Positions 47,812 through 54,624 of a stretch of 54,624 nt of DNA are shown in pieces (position 1 is the first letter of the stretch; each line of letters starts with the position of its first letter). The notes below the pieces were generated by a model. It saw nothing but the letters and a program-made list of their open reading frames with translations, ran no database searches and was not told the origin of the DNA. The stretch is from positions 1 through 54,624 of the forward strand of contig CAVFWT010000033.1 of the NCBI GenBank assembly GCA_963626305.1, in the 5' to 3' direction. The DNA comes from a bacterium. GTDB taxonomy: Bacteria; Bacillota; Clostridia; Peptostreptococcales; Anaerovoracaceae. A program made the position numbers and the translations under genes.

Positions 47812-49725
47812 GTGTTCAATTGTAAAGCGGTAATTAACGAAATAAGCATTATTGATAATAAATTGAATTTAGAGGCAATTTTCAAATGCCCGTATAATGT
47901 CAGCGTCATTTCACCAAAAGTGAAACTCGTTTTCGAGTGTGGAGGGAAAACCAGACGTCTTCCACTCTTTGTAAAAAAATATTTTAGAATACAGCAAAGC
48001 GATTTGTGCATGATTAACTGTTCCTATTCGTTTGCACTGGACGAGTTATACTACAACTACACTTGCGACAAAGATATCACTGTCAGAATCGATTTTTATT
48101 ATGGCACAAATGAAATCGTTGGAATTCCGTTTTCTATTTCATCTTCTTCAAACTTTTTGCAAAGCAACAAGAATGTTGAAATCGATGAAGAGAATATCGA
48201 TTATGAGAGCTTTGAAACGTCGGAATTTACCCAAAATCTTTCTTTGAACGCAACGGATGAAGAAAGACAAAAGGATGCCTATCAGGTCGGCTTTGATTTT
48301 GATAATAACAGAATCATAATCCACCAAGTTCCCGAAAACCGAGATTCGTTCGATTTTGTTCAAAATAGCAAAATCGTTGTTCCACTGATAAGATTCGTAT
48401 TCTTTGTCCTAAGAATCGCGATAAGTATCGTACTGATTCCATACTTTGTAGTAGATGGTTTCTTAGCGGCAATCGATGTAACTCCAAAACATCGAATTGC
48501 GAAAACCGGTTCGCGAACCAAGGACATCTTGACTCAGATACAGTTGAACTTCTCGATGTTCCTTAGGAAGAATAAGAAAAAAGAAACCATTAAGGAAAAG
48601 ATATTCAACCTCTTATGCGTATTTGTTAACGTATACTTTAAATTGCAATCGGGAAAGCCAATTGTTGAGAATCAAATTTTCTTCGTATCGGGACGACGCG
48701 ATACGCTGGGCGGAAATTTAGAGTGCGTATATAATTACATTAAAGACCGTAAGGATATTGAATTCAAATTCTTGCTCTTTTCCGACAGTGAAGGTCATTG
48801 GAACCCGAAAAACCTCTTTAAATTCTTGAAACTGTATGCAACGTCAAAAGTTGTATTGGTAGATGACTATTTTAGACTTCTTGATCTTGTGACCAAGCGA
48901 GATGGCGTTAAGGTTTTCCAGCTTTGGCATGCCTGCGGTGCGTTTAAGACTTTCGGCTTCTCAAGACTGGGGAGAAAAGGCGGTGCAAAACAGACGAGCG
49001 TTAGCCATAGAATGTATGATTATGCTACCGTAAGTTCCACTGAAATTATTCGACATTATGCGGAAGGTTTCGGGCTAAGTGATGAAAACGTTGTTGCAAC
49101 CGGAATTCCGAGGACGGATGTTTTCTTTGATGAAGAATATAAAAAGAATATTCAAGCTTCTTTTTATGCAAAATATCCGCAGCTGAAGAACAAGAAGATT
49201 ATGATTTTTGCTCCAACTTTTAGGGGAAATGGCCAAATGACTGCTTATTACCCTGTTGAAGCCTTCCATGCTGTAGATATGTATGAGAGTCTGGGCGGTG
49301 AGTATGCGATTATTATTAAGCTTCATCCATTCTGCAAGGAACGCTTTGAAGTGCCGCAGGAGTACAGCGACTACATAATTGATTTGACGGATAAAGATGA
49401 AATTAATAATCTTCTTTTCGTTGCGGACTTGCTGGTAACGGATTATTCCAGTTCTATCTTCGAGGCATCTTTGCTGAACGTTCCGATGTTGTTCTATGCA
49501 TTTGACTTGTATGATTATATTTCAAGTCGAGATTTCTATTACGATTTTGAAAGCTTCGTTCCTGGTAAAATCGTATATAGTGAGAAAGCGTTAATCGATT
49601 GTATTAATGCCGATGATTTTGACAAAGAAAAAATTGATGATTTCAAGTACAAGTTCTTCGATGAACTGGACGGTAAATCCACGGAACGAGTTTCTAATTT
49701 GATTCTGGAAAACTTAAACAACTAG
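47812..49725 (+). CDS. TagF-family phosphotransferase with unknown N-terminal domain and TM segment
   Basis: QLWHACGAFK, GIPRTD, FAPTFRG, KLHP, VTDYSS and DGKSTER motifs; GTG start with AAAGGA RBS. Confidence 0.88.
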   Translation: MFNCKAVINEISIIDNKLNLEAIFKCPYNVSVISPKVKLVFECGGKTRRLPLFVKKYFRIQQSDLCMINCSYSFALDELYYNYTCDKDITVRIDFYYGTNEIVGIPFSISSSSNFLQSNKNVEIDEENIDYESFETSEFTQNLSLNATDEERQKDAYQVGFDFDNNRIIIHQVPENRDSFDFVQNSKIVVPLIRFVFFVLRIAISIVLIPYFVVDGFLAAIDVTPKHRIAKTGSRTKDILTQIQLNFSMFLRKNKKKETIKEKIFNLLCVFVNVYFKLQSGKPIVENQIFFVSGRRDTLGGNLECVYNYIKDRKDIEFKFLLFSDSEGHWNPKNLFKFLKLYATSKVVLVDDYFRLLDLVTKRDGVKVFQLWHACGAFKTFGFSRLGRKGGAKQTSVSHRMYDYATVSSTEIIRHYAEGFGLSDENVVATGIPRTDVFFDEEYKKNIQASFYAKYPQLKNKKIMIFAPTFRGNGQMTAYYPVEAFHAVDMYESLGGEYAIIIKLHPFCKERFEVPQEYSDYIIDLTDKDEINNLLFVADLLVTDYSSSIFEASLLNVPMLFYAFDLYDYISSRDFYYDFESFVPGKIVYSEKALIDCINADDFDKEKIDDFKYKFFDELDGKSTERVSNLILENLNN

Positions 49726-49854
49726 ACGTGTTGTATTCAGTGACTTTTGTAACACCTTAATCGAATTTGCGATGGAATGCTTTCGATTCCCATGAGCAAG
49801 TTCGGTCGAGGTGTTATAACTGTCTTATATCACAACAAAGGTGACAATCGCGAA

Positions 49855-51570
49855 ATGGATATTGCAAAAAGAATTTTAAAAAATCTCATATATATTGCGT
49901 ACTACCTAATTGCCGCCTTTCTTTTGTACTTCATTGTCTGCGGAAGGACGTTGACGGACTGGTATGATGAGACTTTCGGGACTTCTTTTCGAGAGATTAT
50001 CTATACATACGACCTCGGACTAACTGGTGCAGATGCTAGCTTCTTAAATGAAGCAGTTAAACTTTGCAAACCGGAACTCATTCATGCGACAATCGTCGTC
50101 GTCTTCATGATATTTGTAGATCAACTTCTCATGCGGAGAGTGGGACGACGGAGAATTCTTATCGACGAGGAGTCTATCGGAAAACATGTAACGGAAGGAA
50201 AACATGCCGCCGAAAGCACTCGAAAAATAGCTGAAAATCAATCATCCGAAAAACAGCAGACTCCGAAGCATGCGGCAAAAGAACCGCCAAAGCGACTCTT
50301 CCGAAAGTCTACGAAGCATTATCAGGTAAAACGCACATCTCTGGGATATGCATTTAACATCGGTTATCATGTGATTCTGTTCGTGATATTGATTTTTCTA
50401 GCGAGACCGGTTTATACATATGCAGATCAAGCTTTGAAAGTATCGGAATTTCTCCGTTCGCGTTATGAGTATACGAAAATCTACGACAAAGAATATGTGA
50501 ATCCCGCTGATGTCAAAATCACGAACACGTGCAAGACGAAGCGCAACGTCATCATCATCTATATGGAGAGCATGGAGACAACCTACGCTTCGAAGACGTT
50601 GGGCGGATTCCAGAGTCAGAATCTAATTCCAAATATCTATCAGCTCCAGAAGGATAACATCGCCTTTGGTGATCGTTCAGGGGTAAAAGGAACTTTAAAT
50701 CCATATGGTACAACGTGGACAACGGCGTCACTTCTGGCATCCTCTTCCGGTATTCCTTTCGCGTTTAACATCGGAAAGAATCGTAATCTAGGTTCCGGCA
50801 ACTCTGAAAGCGAAAAGTTTGCCAATGGCGTAACCACTCTCGGAGATATTCTCTCGGAACAGGGATATAACCAAGAGTTCATTTGCGGATCTGATTCGAC
50901 GTTCGGGCGAAAGAAACAGCTTTTCAAGGAACATGGTAATTACAAAATCTTCGATTACAACTCGGCGATTGATGCGGGTTACATCGATAAGGATTACAAA
51001 GTGTGGTGGGGACTCGAAGATCGAAAAATGTACGCGATGGCTAAAGACGAAATCCTAAAACTTGCCAGCGAAGACGAACCGTTCAACTGCACACTACTTA
51101 CGGTAGACACTCATCATAACGGCGGATACAAGTGTCTACTTTGTCCAAGCGATAAGGGAAGCAAGACCGCAAATGTCGTATCTTGTGCTGACCAACAGGT
51201 CCAGAATTTTGTCGATTGGTGCAAACGGCAAGATTTCTATAAGAATACAACGATTGTCATTCTCGGGGACCACCCGAGAATGGATAAGAAGCTGGTATCG
51301 GATGTAGATGCGAATGACCGTGAAGCGATTGATGTCTTCATCAATTCAGCATCCCCATATAAGAAAGCCAAGCAGAACCGAACTGCAACGACGATGGATC
51401 TCTTCCCGACGATTCTATCTTCCATGGGATATTCTGTCGAAGGAGACCGATTGGGATTGGGTACGAATCTCTTCTCTTCGGAGGAAACACTCGCTGAGAA
51501 AATAGGATATGATGCACTCAATTTGGAACTCAATAAGAATTCCAAATTCTACCACAAGCATTTCGGCTAA
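49855..51570 (+). CDS. LTA-synthase/OpgB-like phosphoglycerol transferase (sulfatase fold)
   Basis: About 3 TMs, then YMESME, TTWT (catalytic Thr), WWGLED, TVDTH, GDH and DLFPTIL motifs. ATG 49855 follows AAAGGTGA. Confidence 0.85.
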   Translation: MDIAKRILKNLIYIAYYLIAAFLLYFIVCGRTLTDWYDETFGTSFREIIYTYDLGLTGADASFLNEAVKLCKPELIHATIVVVFMIFVDQLLMRRVGRRRILIDEESIGKHVTEGKHAAESTRKIAENQSSEKQQTPKHAAKEPPKRLFRKSTKHYQVKRTSLGYAFNIGYHVILFVILIFLARPVYTYADQALKVSEFLRSRYEYTKIYDKEYVNPADVKITNTCKTKRNVIIIYMESMETTYASKTLGGFQSQNLIPNIYQLQKDNIAFGDRSGVKGTLNPYGTTWTTASLLASSSGIPFAFNIGKNRNLGSGNSESEKFANGVTTLGDILSEQGYNQEFICGSDSTFGRKKQLFKEHGNYKIFDYNSAIDAGYIDKDYKVWWGLEDRKMYAMAKDEILKLASEDEPFNCTLLTVDTHHNGGYKCLLCPSDKGSKTANVVSCADQQVQNFVDWCKRQDFYKNTTIVILGDHPRMDKKLVSDVDANDREAIDVFINSASPYKKAKQNRTATTMDLFPTILSSMGYSVEGDRLGLGTNLFSSEETLAEKIGYDALNLELNKNSKFYHKHFG

Positions 51571-51746
51571 CGATTCCGTTGTGATTTCGATAATATGGGT
51601 TTACGTCACCAACAATTGCTCTCGCTGAATAGTGGAGCGAGGTGAATGATTCAAACGATTGCTTCAAGCTACTATGAAATAATCGTATGAATCGTAAGTG
51701 TCAAATCTCGGAAAGCTTGATTTATAAGGTAATCTGTGCGAAAATC

Positions 51747-51775
51747 TTGAAAAGCACACTCTAATAAGATATAAT
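51747..51775 (+). promoter_or_regulatory. sigma-A promoter of ABC exporter genes
   Basis: TTGAAA-17 bp-TATAAT. Confidence 0.6.
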
Positions 51776-51813
51776 TACTTGGTTTATGATTATGCTATAA
51801 CAAGGGCGGAACT

Positions 51814-52596
51814 ATGAATAGATTCTTTGAAAACATCAAAAAATATCACAAATACGCAATCCGCAGCGCGAAAGCGGAACTCAAGAGTGAAGTTGCAGAC
51901 TCGTATCTGAACTGGCTCTGGTGGATTATCGAACCGGTTTGCTTCATGTTGATTTATACTTTTATCTTCGGTTACGTATTCCACAACAAGACGCCGTACT
52001 TCGCTTCGTTCGTATTCATCGGACTGACCGCGTGGGACTTCTTTAACCGCATGGTGAACGGCAGCGTTAAGCTGATTACCAACAACCGCGACCTTGTGAA
52101 GAAGGTATACATTCCGAAGTACATCTTGCTGCTAGCGAAGTCGTATACATATCTTTTCAAGATGGGGATTTCGCTGGTGATTACATTCGGTTTGATGCTT
52201 GCACAAGGGGTAAAATTAAGTTTGCATGTGCTCTGGTTTATTCCGATTCTGATTATCCTGTATATTCTGTGCTTCGGTATTGGAATGATTCTGATGAACT
52301 ACGGAGTTACAATCAATGACTTGGCGAACTTGGTTACAATTTTGCTTCGAATGGTGTTCTACCTGTCGGGTATTTTCTATAACATCAATGAGAAGTTGGC
52401 AGGTACGCTTTGCTTCATCTTGCTGCGCGTGAATCCAATCGCAATGCTGATGAATGAGCTGCGTAATACATTGCTTTATAACCAGAACCCAAGCTTCTTG
52501 TGGCTGGGTATTTGGTTGGTAATCGCACTTGGACTGAATGCGATTGGTATTCATTTGATTCATACGAACGAAAACAGTTATGCAAAGGTGATCTAA
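51814..52596 (+). CDS. tagG: Teichoic acid/polysaccharide ABC exporter permease (TagG/Wzm-like)
   Basis: AELK...SYL.WLW..IEP, LVKKVYIP, FYLSGIFY and NPI motifs; 6 TMs. Confidence 0.8.
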   Translation: MNRFFENIKKYHKYAIRSAKAELKSEVADSYLNWLWWIIEPVCFMLIYTFIFGYVFHNKTPYFASFVFIGLTAWDFFNRMVNGSVKLITNNRDLVKKVYIPKYILLLAKSYTYLFKMGISLVITFGLMLAQGVKLSLHVLWFIPILIILYILCFGIGMILMNYGVTINDLANLVTILLRMVFYLSGIFYNINEKLAGTLCFILLRVNPIAMLMNELRNTLLYNQNPSFLWLGIWLVIALGLNAIGIHLIHTNENSYAKVI

Positions 52597-53345
52597 TGAG
52601 TGATAACGAGAAGAAAATTGCACTAACGGTTCGAGATTTGCACATCTTCTACCGTGGTCTCAAGAAGACGTCCATCCGTTCTAGTTGGATGCGTCTCAAA
52701 GATAAAGTAGAAATATTTGAAGCGCTGAAGGGCGTTAGCTTCGACTTGGAAGAGGGTAAAATCCTTGGAATTATCGGTAAGAACGGAAGTGGTAAGTCAA
52801 CCATGCTCCGTGCGATTGCCGGAATTTTCTCGCCAGACCAAGGATCCATTGATTTGCACGGAAGACGCGTATCCCTTCTGTCTATCGGAGTTGGTTTTAA
52901 CAAGAAGCTGACTGGACGTGAGAACGTCTACCTTTCGGGAATGCTTCTGGGCTTCTCTGAAGAACAGATTGCAGAGAAGGAAAAAGAAATCATCGACTTT
53001 GCGGACATCGGCAAGTTTATCGACCGCCCGGTAAAGACGTACTCTTCTGGTATGTATTCCAAGCTAGCCTTCGCGATTACGGCGATTCTGGAAACGGATG
53101 TTATGTTGATTGACGAGGTACTGAGCGTTGGAGATCAGCGATTCAAGCAGAAGAGTTACAACAAGATGAAGGAATTGATTTCCGATGATACCAGAACGGT
53201 TGTTATCGTATCACACAGCTTGGGAACGATTGAAGAGCTGTGTGATGAAGTCCTCTGGCTCAACGATGGCGAGGTTATTGATCAGGGTGATCCGAAAGAA
53301 ATCTTGCCGAGATACAAAGAATTCATGAAATCGGGAAAGAAATAA
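52596..53345 (+). CDS. tagH: Teichoic acid/polysaccharide ABC exporter ATPase (TagH/Wzt-like)
   Basis: EALKGVSF, GKNGSGKST, LTGRENV, YSSGM and IDEVLSVGD motifs. ATG 52596 overlaps the upstream TAA. Confidence 0.82.
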   Translation: MSDNEKKIALTVRDLHIFYRGLKKTSIRSSWMRLKDKVEIFEALKGVSFDLEEGKILGIIGKNGSGKSTMLRAIAGIFSPDQGSIDLHGRRVSLLSIGVGFNKKLTGRENVYLSGMLLGFSEEQIAEKEKEIIDFADIGKFIDRPVKTYSSGMYSKLAFAITAILETDVMLIDEVLSVGDQRFKQKSYNKMKELISDDTRTVVIVSHSLGTIEELCDEVLWLNDGEVIDQGDPKEILPRYKEFMKSGKK

Positions 53346-53435
53346 CCAATACATCAAATGTTGATTAATTCTTTGTAAAAAGTTATAATAAGTTTTAATA
53401 GACTATACAATCTTTATTTGAGAGAGGGAAGATAA

Positions 53436-54624
53436 ATGAGAAGTAAGAACAGACAGCGCAGAAGTGCATTACTGGTGTTGCTTCTGACACTGGTACTTTG
53501 CTTGGGAACGCTCTTTGAGGGTGTAAGCGTTTTCGCAGATACAGAAGGCGGAACGGATTCGAATGCTGCTACTGGCACAACCGAACAGCAGGGCAATGCG
53601 GATCAGCAAGCTTCCGGTACGACGGATGGCACTTCAGATGAAGATGCACAGCCGACAGATTCGGAAGATGAAAATCAGCCAGCAGAAGCAAATGCGGTAG
53701 TGACAGCTAAGACAACAAAAGCAATTGAAGTAACCACTGCAAATGTAAGCAACTCGCTGTACAAGAATGTATCCGGAACTAAGAAGGTGACATTTGCTGT
53801 TAAATTCGATACAACGAAGGATTCGAATTATAACGGATATACTATCAGTGCTTTTAATGTATATGATGCCAAGGATAAGAAAAATGTCGTAGAAGGAACG
53901 AAGGTAGACACGAAGGCAACGGTTGCAGTTGTTGCGGGTCATACTTATTACGTTCAGGCTACTGCAACAAAGACGGATGCTAGCGGAAAGACTGAATCAG
54001 TACTGCTTCAGTCGGAGTCGAAATATTCGGTTACATTCCCTGGTGCAGTTTCTAAAGTAACTGCAAGTTGTGCGAGCAAGGATAACCTGATCAAGGTGAC
54101 TTGGGATAAGGTAGATGGTGCGGACAAGTATTACGTATATCGCAGCACATCCACAACTCGCCCTAGCACCCCGCTCAAGGCAGTGAGCACGAATTCGTAC
54201 TCCGAGAGAAAGAAGGGTGGGTCTTACTATTATTGGGTTCAGCCAGTAAATTCTAAGTCTGCAACCGCATCTTCTGAATATACTGGAAGCGAAAAAGTAA
54301 CTGCGGGCAATTATTTGACTTGCGGCGTACGGAACTATTGGTTCACAGTAAAGACGAAGAAGAAAGTTCCGATTTATAAGTCGGCAAGCAGCAAGAAGGT
54401 TGTTGGTTACCTCAAGAAAGGAACTGTCGTTAAGGTAAAGAAGAAGAGCCCGAAGAAAGTTGCTCAATACGGCAAGGTCAAAAGAGTTTACTTTAATGAG
54501 AATGGCAAGAAGGGTTGGCTCACTTATTCTTCTGTAAAGCTCACCACTCATGTATCTGGAAAGACGAATGACTGGAGCAAGAGCGTTAAAGAAGCATATG
54601 TGAACGGTAAGAAGTTCAAGAGCA
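53436..54624 (+). CDS. Secreted FN3/SH3-like domain protein, truncated at window end (absent from ORF track)
   Basis: Manual translation MRSKNRQRRSALLVLLLTLVLCLGTLFEGVSVFA|DTE..., acidic linker, KVTWDKVDGADKYYVYRS...YYYWVQPV (FN3-like), VPIYKSAS...GYLKKGTVV...KKGWL (SH3-like). Frame stays open to the end. Confidence 0.8.
   Translation, partial: MRSKNRQRRSALLVLLLTLVLCLGTLFEGVSVFADTEGGTDSNAATGTTEQQGNADQQASGTTDGTSDEDAQPTDSEDENQPAEANAVVTAKTTKAIEVTTANVSNSLYKNVSGTKKVTFAVKFDTTKDSNYNGYTISAFNVYDAKDKKNVVEGTKVDTKATVAVVAGHTYYVQATATKTDASGKTESVLLQSESKYSVTFPGAVSKVTASCASKDNLIKVTWDKVDGADKYYVYRSTSTTRPSTPLKAVSTNSYSERKKGGSYYYWVQPVNSKSATASSEYTGSEKVTAGNYLTCGVRNYWFTVKTKKKVPIYKSASSKKVVGYLKKGTVVKVKKKSPKKVAQYGKVKRVYFNENGKKGWLTYSSVKLTTHVSGKTNDWSKSVKEAYVNGKKFKS

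Overview
A 54.6-kb chromosomal window from an anaerobic Firmicute; a Clostridia/Eubacterium-like (Family XIII-type) origin is my inference from gene content and sigma-A promoters. The left half is mostly housekeeping and metabolic: a glycosyltransferase, a YdjY-like lipoprotein/C-GCAxxG-C-C/atypical phosphotransferase operon, ABC-F, hydF, pgi, eno, MATE, TrhA/DUF1836, two ATPase-permease fusion ABC transporters, glnS, FHA-RodA plus PBP, a lysine riboswitch with an NhaC-family transporter, a pentapeptide protein with pgeF, and hpf. The right half is a cell-envelope region: an O-antigen-ligase-like protein, one L,D-transpeptidase and two GH25 muramidases sharing a ~63-aa Tyr/Lys-rich wall-binding super-repeat, a ribitol-phosphate teichoic-acid-type locus (four TagF-family proteins, tarIJ, an LtaS/OpgB-like transferase, TagG/TagH-like ABC), and a truncated secreted FN3 protein. 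I found no rRNA, tRNA, CRISPR array, transposase or integrase. The most unusual signals are: (1) two long hairpins with unrelated stems but the same TATTCTGCAAGAC apex, bracketing an AT-rich, apparently frameshifted membrane ORF; (2) an unrecognised promoter-leader-terminator element upstream of a GH25 gene; (3) paired palindromic operators in the trhA promoter next to a DUF1836 gene; (4) an SOS-box-like site upstream of the pentapeptide/pgeF operon; and (5) a Cys-rich lipoprotein/atypical-kinase operon. All family calls come from motif recognition by eye, not from database searches.
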